Source: Lytechinus pictus
Taxonomy: Eukaryota
Direction of reading: 5' to 3'
DNA: 64,000 bases
Assembly (NCBI RefSeq): GCF_037042905.1
Contig: NC_087251.1
Span: 12,278,001-12,342,000 of the forward strand
Position numbers and translations under genes: made by a program. This document shows positions 1 through 10,910 of this stretch, piece by piece. The notes below the pieces were generated by a model. It was given only the letters and a program-made list of their open reading frames with translations. It did no database searches and was not told the DNA's origin. The number at the start of each line of letters is the position of its first letter. Position 1 is the first letter of the stretch.

Positions 1-458
1 TAGATATGAATGATTATTTGATGTAAATTATTGTTAAATTATTACGATTTAATAAATTTCTATGGCCATACTAAAAATATTGGTAATGTCAGCAAAGTTA
101 TGTTGTCATTATTTTTCTTTTTGATCCTGAGCTAGCTCCATAAAGAAGCAAAATGAGCATGCGCGACTGATGAAGAGAGCTCTAGCTAATGAGACCGAGT
201 TGGCACAAACGGGGGCACAAATGAGCTTCAGATTGATGGAAATATTTATCAAATGTAATTTTCTCTGCTTGGTCATGTAAAATGGTATTCTATGTTGATA
301 CTACGATCGTGAGAAGTGTTTCTGCAATTTAATGTTCGAGAATCAATCCTGACATGTTTTTGTCTCACCTGCAAAGCAGAGTGAGACTATAGGCGCCGCT
401 ATTCCGACAGCGGTGGCGTCAACACCAAATCTTAACCGAAGGTTAAGTTTTTGAAATG
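1..458 (+). repeat. Direct duplicate of 1156-1613
   Basis: No differences seen by eye at offset 1155; the match ends after ggttaagtttttgaaatg. Confidence 0.93.
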
Positions 459-580
459 TCATCATAACTTACAAAGTATATGGGCCTAGTTTATGAAACT
501 TGGACATTAGAGTAATCAAGTATTGCTGAACACCCTGCCTGAGTTTCAGGTCACATGACCAAGGTCAAAGGTCATTTAGG

Positions 581-3085
581 CAGGGCTTTCATTCCCAAAT
601 TTTGAGTGCCCGAAGTTCAGTTTTAGGCGCCCCGAATAAACTTCCATTACACATTGAGAACCTACTTCAAACACCCTACGATCATGCACAAACAATCAAC
701 CTCGCTTACATGGACATTTTGTTGTTGTAGGCAATAATTTAAATAAATGTAAAGTCCCGATGTGAATCACGTGTCCATCTGAACGAATGGTTCTCGGTGA
801 ATTCACATAAGCCCACTTACACCACTGCACGTGCATGCCGCATACACTCGATGTCAGCACCTCCTCATAAAACAACAAGTAACTTGCCCGAGATGAAGTT
901 GCATCCAAAATGAGCTCTAAATTGGTGGGAATAAATATTATACCCCTTATATGTAGTTTTCTCTGAATTGTCATTTAAATTGGTATTCTATGCTGATATC
1001 ATGATTGTGAGGAAAGTTTATGGAATATGAGTTATGACGATGTTTGAGAATTAATCCTGACAAGAGTCACTCACAAGTGACATGATAATCCAAATTTAAC
1101 ACAAGTGCAAGAGCTCGATCAAAAGAAATACGAATGTCTCAAATGGAGATCTAAATAGATATGAATGATTATTTGATGTAAATTATTGTTAAATTATTAC
1201 GATTTAATAAATTTCTATGGCCATACTAAAAATATTGGTAATGTCAGCAAAGTTATGTTGTCATTATTTTTCTTTTTGATCCTGAGCTAGCTCCATAAAG
1301 AAGCAAAATGAGCATGCGCGACTGATGAAGAGAGCTCTAGCTAATGAGACCGAGTTGGCACAAACGGGGGCACAAATGAGCTTCAGATTGATGGAAATAT
1401 TTATCAAATGTAATTTTCTCTGCTTGGTCATGTAAAATGGTATTCTATGTTGATACTACGATCGTGAGAAGTGTTTCTGCAATTTAATGTTCGAGAATCA
1501 ATCCTGACATGTTTTTGTCTCACCTGCAAAGCAGAGTGAGACTATAGGCGCCGCTATTCCGACAGCGGTGGCGTCAACACCAAATCTTAACCGAAGGTTA
1601 AGTTTTTGAAATGATAGCATAACTTAGAAAGTATATGGACCTAGCTCATAAAACTTGGACATAATATAAAGTATTGCTAAACATCCTGCCTGAGTTTCAA
1701 GTCACATGACCAAGGTCAAATGTCATTTAGGGTCAATGAACTTTGGCCAAGTTGGGGTATCTGTTGAATTACCATCATAACTTTGAATGTTTATGGGTCT
1801 GATTCATGAAACTTGTACATAAGAGTAATCAAGTATCGCTGAACATCCTGTGTGAGTTTGAGGTCACATGATCAAGGTCAAAGGTCATTTAAAGTCAATG
1901 AACTTTCACCAAGTTGGGGGTATTTGTTGAATTACCATCATAACTTGAAAGTTTATTGGTCTAGTTCACAAACCTCGGATATATGAGTAATCAAGTATCA
2001 CTGAACATCCTGTGCAAATTTCAGGTGACATAACCAAGGGCAATGGACTTTGGCCATGTTGGGGTTATTTGTTGAATAACCATCATAACTCTAAAAGTGT
2101 ATGGATCCAGTTCATAAACCGTGGACATAACAGTAATCAAGTATCACTGAACATCTCATGCAAGTTTCCGGTCACATGACCACAGTCAAAGGTCATTTAA
2201 GGTGGTTGAACTTTGGCCATTTTGAGGTAATTATTATCATAGTAAACTTTTCATTAACTTTCAAAGTTTATAGATATAGTTTATAAAATGTGGATATAAG
2301 TCTAAGGTTGCATGATCAAGCTCAAATGTCATGTCAATGAATGTAGTATTGTATCATTATATGAATGGTGTTTTTTGTGAATGTTTATTTTATAGTAGTT
2401 TTCAAAGTCAGCACTGCTGCTATATTGAATGGCGCGATGCAGGTGAGGTGAGACTTCCAGAAGCGCTCCACTTGTTTAGAGACAAGTGCAGCTCATCATT
2501 CATTCACGAACATGTGATGTCCGTCATTAGAAATGGAAACAAAATACAATTGAAAGCTTCACACCAAGCTCTAAATTAATGATTATTATATGCAAATTAT
2601 TGTTATAATATTACGATTAAATAATGTTCTATGGCCATAATAAGAAATATTGTAATGAAAGCAAGGTTTATTTTACGTTGATCGCATCATAATTTTCCCT
2701 TTTACTCCATTTCGATCTGGTTTGATTGAAGCACAGTGCGCATATGCAAATGATGACGATGCATGAATTCCATTCATGAATTCATCGTGCATGAATTATC
2801 TCAGACGAGTAAGTTTCGAACTGGGATCAAAATACACTTATATGTATACACTTAAATATATGGGGAATAGGCATCATAATTACACAATAGGTTTCATTTT
2901 GGAGGAATATAATTATTAAAGTTAGACATTACTGTTGATTTTGATGACACATTTTAATATTTATTCGATGGGAGGAATCATTTCTGATAATTTGGGTGCC
3001 CAGTCCGGGCACCTAGAATTTTTCTTTTTTTTCTTTTTAGAGCACCCGGAGGTCTGATCTGGGCGCCCGCTAATGTTGAGCCCTG
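581..3085. mobile_element. Non-autonomous hAT-like DNA transposon with 7-bp TSD
   Basis: Ends cagggct/agccctg; ATTTAGG at 574-580 and 3086-3092; removing it restores the host motif ggtcatttagggtcaatg. Confidence 0.8.
1516..2476 (+). mobile_element. Complete family X (HINE-like) copy
   Basis: Subterminal inverted repeats gtctcacctgca/tgcaggtgag, tandem internal subunits, ccacttgtt 3' end, T-rich target. Confidence 0.8.
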
Positions 3086-3673
3086 ATTTAGGGTCAATGA
3101 ACTTTGGCCATGTTAGGGGTATTTGTTGATTTCCATCATAACTTTGAAAGTGGATCTGGTTCATGAAACTTGGACATAAGAGTAATTGAGTATCACTTAA
3201 CATCCAAATATGAAGTAAAGGGTCAATGAACTTGGATTATGTTGGGGGAATCAAAACGAAATCTTATCCAAGATTAAGTTTTTTTAATATCATAACTCTG
3301 AAAGTATTTCATTTCATTTAATTTCATTTATTTATTTCACCACGGTTAAAAGCCCATTCAGCATAGCTGTTTTACAAAGGTGCCGTGATACAATATACAA
3401 TATTCAATACACAAAATGATTATAGTTTTTTAAGCAAACAAAGTAATTCATTAAAAAATAACAATAATACACAGATACAAACAACTAATGTGGATAGATT
3501 AACATTACAGAGTGCAAGTTGGATATGAATTATCAAAATTCAGTTATCTTGGACTTAGGTATACAACTAAAAATGTACATATCGGTATTCCTTATTCCCC
3601 CTTGTGTTTCCCCGCCCTTCCCAAGTGAAATCATTATATAAATCTCAATCAATATGTCTGATTAAAGCTTTAA

Positions 3674-6600
3674 TCAAAGCACATTCGTAATGGTAGCTTC
3701 ATTTAAATGGAGTCTTAGTTGTGATCTGAAGCTGAAGGTGGACCTTATTCCTTTCAAGTCATTTGTAAGATTATTCCAGGCAATTGCACCTCTATATTCT
3801 AATCGCCTTTTCCCATAATTTGTTTTTACTTTGGGGATGCAAAGACTATAATCCGATTTGCGGGTTCTATAGTAATATATTTGATAGTTAAATCGTCTAC
3901 TTATATATTTTGGAACAGCTCCATACAAAATTTTGTGAATTAGCATTATCTTTCTCATTCTAAGTCTTTCAGTGACTTTGTCAATTTTTAATTGACGATA
4001 GAGGTCTTCTGTTGGATACCTTCTGGATACCATCAATACTAATTTAAGAGCTCGTTTTTGTAACAAAGTTAGTTGTTCTATATACCCTTTACCCGTATTA
4101 CTCCAGACTCCATCACAGTAATCTAAATGACATTGTATAATAGTTTTATACAAAGTTAGGGCATGATTTTGGGATATATAAGGTCTAATTCTTTTCAAAA
4201 GATACATACATTTAGCAATCTTGGATTTCATATGACTGATATGAGCTCCCCAATCTAGGAATTCATCTATTACAACTCCAAGATATTTTGTTTTAGTAAC
4301 TCTTTTTAGCAATTCGCCATTCAAGTATACAGTTATATCATTATCAACTTTGTGTATACGATTTCGGGTACCAATAAGAACAAATTCGCATTTAGCTATA
4401 TTCAACTTTAATTTGTTACATGCAAGCCACTCTGATACTGCTTGGAGATCACTCTCCAATTCAGATTTTATATCAGTAGCATTTTTGGAACTGAAATAAA
4501 TGCATGTATCATCAGCATAAAGAGATAATTTTTAATTTTTAATTACTTTACCAATGTCATTTATGTAGAGAGAGAATAGCAATGGTCCAAGCACTGAACC
4601 TTGGGGTATGCCACATTCAACGGTAGCATAATCTGAGTTGACACCATTCATACAAACGTATTGAGATCGGGAGGATAAATATGACTTAAACCAATTGAGG
4701 TTGACACCTCGGATGCCAATAGAGTGTAATTTATCAAGGAGAATATTATGCACAATACTGTCAAACGCCTTTTTCAAGACTAACATAATCAATCCAGTAA
4801 GTAATCCCTCATCAATATTCTTTAAAACATCTTCTGTGAGGTTTAAGACTGTCGTGTGGGTAGAATGTTGGGGCCGAAAACCCGATTGATTCTCAACTAA
4901 GATATTATTACTAGTTACATATTTATACATTTGTTCAAAAGCTATTTTTTCGATAACCTTTGCTAACACAGACATAAGAGAAATCGGTCTATAATTTGCC
5001 ATCTCTTCCTTATTTCCCTTTTTAAAGATAGGCGTCACTTTTGAAACTTTCCATTGCTGTGGCACATTTCCAGTTTTTAAAGAAAGATTTACAACATGGT
5101 GCATTGGTGAGACTATGTAAGGAAGTACTTCATGAATAAATTCAGCAGTAATGTTATCTGGTCCACATCCCTTTCCCTTGGGCAATTTTTTTAATAGATC
5201 TTTTTAATACCTTCTGGGTTGTTACTTCATGAAATTCAAAAGAAGTGTTTATTCCTGTCAAATAATCTAATGCAGACTTCTCAGTATGTGGTATGTCATG
5301 CTGTACTTCCTTACCTACGTTAATAAAGTGATTATTAAACGTGTTTACAATTTCTTTAGGATTTGTTATATAATTACTATTATTTACTTTAACTGAGTTT
5401 ATAATAGTGTTTGTGTGTTTACTTGGTAATAGAAACTTAAGGGAAGCCCACATTGAACTCTGATCTCCCTTATTTTCATCAATGGATGATGCAATATGTT
5501 TGCGTTGACGAATATGCATTGTTATTTTGTTCCTGAGTGCTTTATACGCAGACCAATCTTCATGATTCCGAGATTTCCTTGCTTTTAGTTTTAATTCACT
5601 TCTGTCTCTTATTAAATTCAACAATTCAGGTGTCATCCAGGGGGATACTTTATTCTTGATTCGATGTTTCTTAGCTGGTGCATATTTGTCTATTAATTTC
5701 AAAATGGTTTGATAAAAGTTATCACAAACAATTTGACAATCAGTGGACAATAATACATTATCCCAGTTGATTTCTTCGAGCTCTTGTTATAAATTATCCC
5801 AATTTACCTTTCTCCAGTTACGAGAATATTTGAACTTGTGTTTGTGGGGTTTATTTTTATATCTGCCTCTAGCATAGTACACCATATAATGATCACTGAT
5901 AGTTAATTGGACGATTCCAGATTCTTGCATTTTTGTGCAATCATTAGAGATTATCAGATCTATCAGAGTTTGTGATGAATCTGTTACTAAAGTGGGGTAT
6001 TTAATGACTTGTTGGCAATTAAAATCTTTAATAATGTCACATAATTTTTCTGCCTGCCACCTTTTCTTATTTGGCCACATATCACAGTTAAAATCCCCCA
6101 ACATTATGAATTCACTTGCTGTGTCTTCAAGCGTTTCAAAACATTCTCGTATCTGGGTGAAAATTTCCGCTTTCGCACTTGGTGGTCTATATACCGTTAC
6201 AACTAAGAATGGCTTCTGTTTTTCTGGAGAAATTTCTGCAACCATATATTCAAGGTTGTCATGCATCAGGTCATATCTTATTCGATAATTCAAATTCTCA
6301 CTGATATACATAGCAATACCTCCACCTGATCTATTTCTATCAAGTCTTACTAAGTTAAAGTTCATAATACCGAGTTCAGTGTTTTCTATCAAATCATTTA
6401 AATGGGTTTCACTTAGTGTAATTATATCAATTTTGGTACTAAGTAATAATAATCTGAGCTCATCAATGTGCTTAATAAGAGAACCAATATTTAGATGAGA
6501 AATTACAATTCCTTTGATGGATTTTATATTATTTAACTTTTCTTCAACATTCTCAGAATATACGAGAATTGAGTCATCTTCATTAGACATGGTTGTGCTA

Positions 6601-6824
6601 GATAAATCATGTTGCCTTGATTGGAATTCGTCTTGGTTTTCAAAAAACGGAAGTTCAGAAAGAAGGCATGGATCACAGATCCAGTCACATTCTGAGTTAA
6701 ATACAACTTCAGATACAGATGTGCAATTAAAATGACACCAGGTTTTACAATTTACACAGAGCAGTGCTTTCTGATTACATTTCACTGATTTTCTACAAAT
6801 AATGCATGGATATTTCACAGACAT
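3674..6824 (-). pseudogene. Disrupted LINE ORF2: PHD finger + AP endonuclease + reverse transcriptase
   Basis: Motifs LSETHL, YRPP, GDFN, SDH, YRPISL, QSGFR, PQGSVLGP, YADD and YLGV; in-frame stops at 5787 and 4532; frameshift near 5185. Confidence 0.95.
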
Positions 6825-6999
6825 TAAAATTAAATCCCATTTACAAAAAACTACCTAAAGGAAAAATTATTATAAAATTTAACAAGTTATAGAAAAGAAA
6901 TATATATCAAACTCTTTCCCATAGAATTCAATATTAAAAAGAAATATTCATAAAAATATAAATGCAAATGGTCCAATGTTTAAAGTTGTTTATGACGAA

Positions 7000-7200
7000 T
7001 TAGCGTTTAGGAAGATCGTTATCTCCGCGGATCCCTCGCGTTATAAACTTTCCTCCTGTCGCTCGAATGAGGGCAACAATCCTCCCATCTGATGACCAGG
7101 CATCCTTCACCGCTTGGTTTGCTCTTGTTTTTGCGAGAAGGTCCTGATTTTTTCGAGTTAGGTGCTCTTGTATAGACATACGCGATCCCTTAAGTAGTTG
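7000..7200 (-). pseudogene. LINE ORF1 C-terminal fragment (QLLKGSRMSIQEHLTRKNQDLL...AWSSDGRI...PKR*)
   Basis: Manual translation; the I.E.LT..N..L...W..DG.I pattern is typical of L2/CR1 ORF1 C-termini; lies just upstream of ORF2. Confidence 0.8.
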
Positions 7201-7277
7201 TATATGGATCTAGTTCATGAAACTTGGACATAAGAGTAATCAGTGAACATCCTGTGTGAGTTTCAGTTCACATGACC

Positions 7278-7572
7278 AATAATGATAATAATAATGATAT
7301 AGATATATTTACCTAGGGAAGCCACTTCAGTTCTGAAAACTGTTCTCCCAGGGGCCCTGCTATTATTATTATTACCCGGCTTTAGCTTGACTGCCTAAGC
7401 GCTCAAGCATTTAAGGAATTTCTTCCTACTGGGTACCCATTCACCTCAACTGGGTTGAGTGTTGCACAATGTTGATAAATTTCTCGCTGAAGGAAATTAC
7501 GCCATGGCTTGGATTCGAACCCACGACCCTCTGTTTCAAAGTCAGAAGACTAATCCACTGGGCTACAACGCT
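7278..7572 (-). mobile_element. tRNA-derived SINE
   Basis: Minus strand shows A box tagcccagtgg, B box ggttcgaatcc, a body and a simple-repeat tail. Confidence 0.8.
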
Positions 7573-8360
7573 CTTGAACTTTGGCCGTGTTGGGGGTATA
7601 ACTTTGAAAGTTTGTGGATCTAGTTCAAAATGTGGACATAAGGGTAATCAAGTATCACTGATCATCTTGCACAAGTCTTTGGTCACACATTCTAGGTCAA
7701 ATGTCATTTAGGGCCAGTGAACATATTATTTTATCATCATATGAATGATGTTTTTTGTGAATGATTATTCTATAGTCATTTTCAAAGTTAGCACTGCTGC
7801 TATATTGAATCACATAATGCAGGCCTGACTGCCAGAGGCACTCCGTTTATTTTCTTTACACATGAAGTTGAAAAAGTTTTAGGGCAGTTCCAATCTACTT
7901 CGACGCCTTCACAATGGCATGTTGACATATTTTGGACTGAGTGATACATTTTATGATTTCACCCTTCATTTATTTGAGGACCCTAAAGTTAATTGAAAAT
8001 GTGTACATACTGTTTCCACTTTATATTGGTTTGTTTCTCACAGCACTATCTTTTGATAAATGCTTACCAAATAGAAAAATGATCATGAAAATCTATATGA
8101 AGGCAAAATAATGAAAACAAATCTTTATTTTCCATACAAAAGGCATATGTTGAATTGCTATTCATTGTTGATCAATCTCTCTTTATTTCTGATGCTTAAA
8201 TGTTTGAAGTATATTTTGTAGTAGTGGAAGACAAAGGGTAATGTTGTCAATTTGATGAGTAATTGTAGGAATAATATATTACAGCTGTGCACAGGGTTGG
8301 CACATTTAAAATGATGTGTTTTAAAACACCTGTCTTTTTACCAAAAAAAAAATGTTTTAA

Positions 8361-10351
8361 GGACGTTCTACAGTTAAAATAAAGTCCATGTCATTTTCAC
8401 CAAATTTTGCAGAGTTACTTTGGTATCTATGCATTATGAAAATCTAAATATTATTATAGGTTCATGTGCTTATTTTTTTTCTACGGGTCTTCGAATTTGC
8501 AGTATTTGAATGATATGCAATCTTGCGCAATCAAGAGAATCATGCCTCTCTTAGACTTTACCAATTCACCAAATGAGTTTAAATCATCTTTTCTCAGTGG
8601 ATACCGCATCAAACTTCATCAAATTTTCAAGATATATAAAAAAATTTATGCCAAAGTAAGAGAAAGTCTTTTAATTGGTGAAATTATATCAATTTGGAGT
8701 CAGCGGCGCCCTCATTTGGCAAGAATGGTGCAAAAACTCAGAAAAAACAAATCTTCAAGGACGTGAATCTACTCAAAAATTAAAAAGTATTTTATAAAAT
8801 TCAGCTAAATTGTAGAGGAATGCATATCGAAGGTGTAGGGAAGTTAAAAATATGGGGTCCATGTGCTCGATTTTTAAGTATGAGTATCCAAAGTGATGCG
8901 AGTTGGCATTAAAATCGCAGAAAATGCACCCAAAACGTGCAAAAGTCTAATAATACCGTCTAAAATGCAAATGATTCCATATTTCGCTCCAAAACATTAA
9001 AAATCCATGTAATTTTCATCATACTCCAGATTTGTAGAGGAATATATTCTAAAGGCATTAAAATATTAAAAATATGGGGTCTATTTGCTCGTTTTTAAAC
9101 TATCAGTGTCTAAAGTGTTGCGAGTTGGCTTGAAACAGTCTATAATGCGCCTAAAACGGGCAAAAGTCTAATACCGTCCAAAATGTCTAAAATACGAATG
9201 TTCCTTAGTCTTGCTCCCAATCATTAAAAATCCATGTCGTTTTCATCATATTCTCTAGATTTGTAGAGGAATATATTCTGAAGAAGTCAAGCCATTTAAA
9301 CTATGGGGTCCATGTGCTCGTTTTCAAATTATCAGTGTAAAAAATATTGTGAGTTGGCTTGAAACAGCCCAAAATGTGCCGAAAACAAGCAAAAGTCTGT
9401 TAATACCATCTAAAATGCGAATGGTTCCGTAGTCTTGCTCCCAAACATTGAAAATCAATGTCATTTTAATCATACTTTGCACGTAGATACTTTAGCACCT
9501 GAATATTCCAATGTGCAAAAATTAGCATGGGTCCATGTGCTTGATTGTTTGCTATAGAGCTTCAGTCAACCCAAAATGGATGATGTTCTTAAGAATTGCG
9601 CATCCAAAAGAATTTAGCATTTTTAGACCTCACGAAATCCCAACAATGCATGAGTTTAAAGCTCTATTACTCAGTCAAAATCCATGAAAATTTCATCAAA
9701 TTTTGTATTATGATTAAAAATTGTATCTGTAAGATGGATAATCTATTTATATTGTTGTCAGTTGTTTGCTCATTTAAGTCTAACAGCACTCAGTTCTTAG
9801 AAATTGCGGGAAAGGTATATACTCAACCTCAAAAATTTCAAATTTCAATAACAAATTTTAGAAGTAAAAGAAATGCTGCACTTTATTCAAAACCCATGTC
9901 ATTTTCACCAAACTTTGCAAAGTTGTAGAGGAAGGTGTACCTAAGAGGTGCAAACATTAAAAAATATGGGTTCATGTGCTTGTTTTCAAACTATCAGCAC
10001 TCTTATTAGAGCAAATTTGCTTCTTAAAACACCGGAAAAAGTGCCAAAAGCTTTGTATCTATGTGATGAAAAATTCCAAACCACTTTTCCATTTATTCAA
10101 ACTCGGGGTCATATTCATCATACTTTGCAGCACTACAGAGAAACTATTTTGAAATTGTAGAGGAATAAAAAAAATGGTCCATGGAATAATTCTAGTTTAT
10201 TAGCTTCATAAAATGACACATCGGATCTGCAGTTAGTGCAGATAAGGAGAAAAATTAACTCACATTACCTACAGCTGATTAATCACCAGTTCATCCATTG
10301 TGATGTCAGCGCGCAGATCATGATGCGCACAAAAATAACTGTGGAACGACC
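8361..10351. mobile_element. Kolobok-like non-autonomous element with internal tandem subrepeats, nested in the hAT element
   Basis: TTAA on both sides; TIRs ggacgttctacagtta/taactgtggaacgacc; the relative near 35888 has a single empty TTAA. Confidence 0.82.
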
Positions 10352-10736
10352 TTAAAACACCGCATAGGCTTGTGTGTTGTAAATTTGCATGGATGTGATT
10401 TCAGATGAATGTTTTTTTTCATACTTTTAATACTTGAAGTGGTGTACTATTTTCTTGTAACTAATTAAAACTCTTTCTCAACACCACTCTTTTTCTCCTC
10501 TTTCTCTTTCCCCCTTTATTCTCTCTTTCTCTATCTCTTTGTCACGTTCCTTTCTTCCCAGTTCAATTGTGTACATCAATCCATATTGAGATATTTATTC
10601 TTATTTCAACAAACATATCTGAGTGTTGTGCTCACTTTTTGGACAGGGAAAGAAACACTATTTAAAATAAGTTCAAATACAAAGTAGTACTTGAATGAAA
10701 TGGAAGTGTTGCACAAGCATTATAATATTTTACAAA

Positions 10737-10910
10737 CCGCCGCCCTCCCGCATAAGTGCCGTTAGCACAGACTGCGCGTCGCCTTCGCGCACACTGTTAA
10801 CTGTACGCTAATGGCCTTTCTGCAGAAGGCGACGTGCAATGTGCGCTAATGGCCGTTGTGCGGGAAGGCAACACGCAAAGCACGCTAATGGCCTTTGAAG
10901 GCGACGATTA
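10737..10910. mobile_element. Small GC-rich MITE with internal cgctaatggcc repeats
   Basis: Absent from the sister hAT copy near 35500; imperfect inverted ends; three cgctaatggcc copies. Confidence 0.6.

Larger units (their letters stand above)
3307..7200 (-). mobile_element. 5'-truncated L2/CR1-group (Crack-like) non-LTR retrotransposon
   Basis: ORF1 C-terminus, ORF2 with PHD, AP endonuclease and reverse transcriptase (RT), 3' UTR and (tgaaa)n-like tail; the host repeat resumes on both sides. Confidence 0.95.
361..7847 (+). mobile_element. HINE/DINE-1-like non-autonomous element (family X), split by three nested insertions
   Basis: 5' hairpin gtctcac...gtgagac, ~120-bp internal subrepeats (aggtcacatgaccaaggtcaaaggtcatttagg), 3' end gccagaggcactcc; interrupted at 581-3085, 3307-7200 and ~7278-7572. 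Confidence 0.7.

Noticed and set aside
7500..7572. tRNA-like sequence (TTG anticodon-like loop) on the minus strand; similar case at 34408-34478 on +
   Set aside because: The acceptor stems are poor and both continue into SINE bodies and tails, so these are SINE heads, not tRNA genes.
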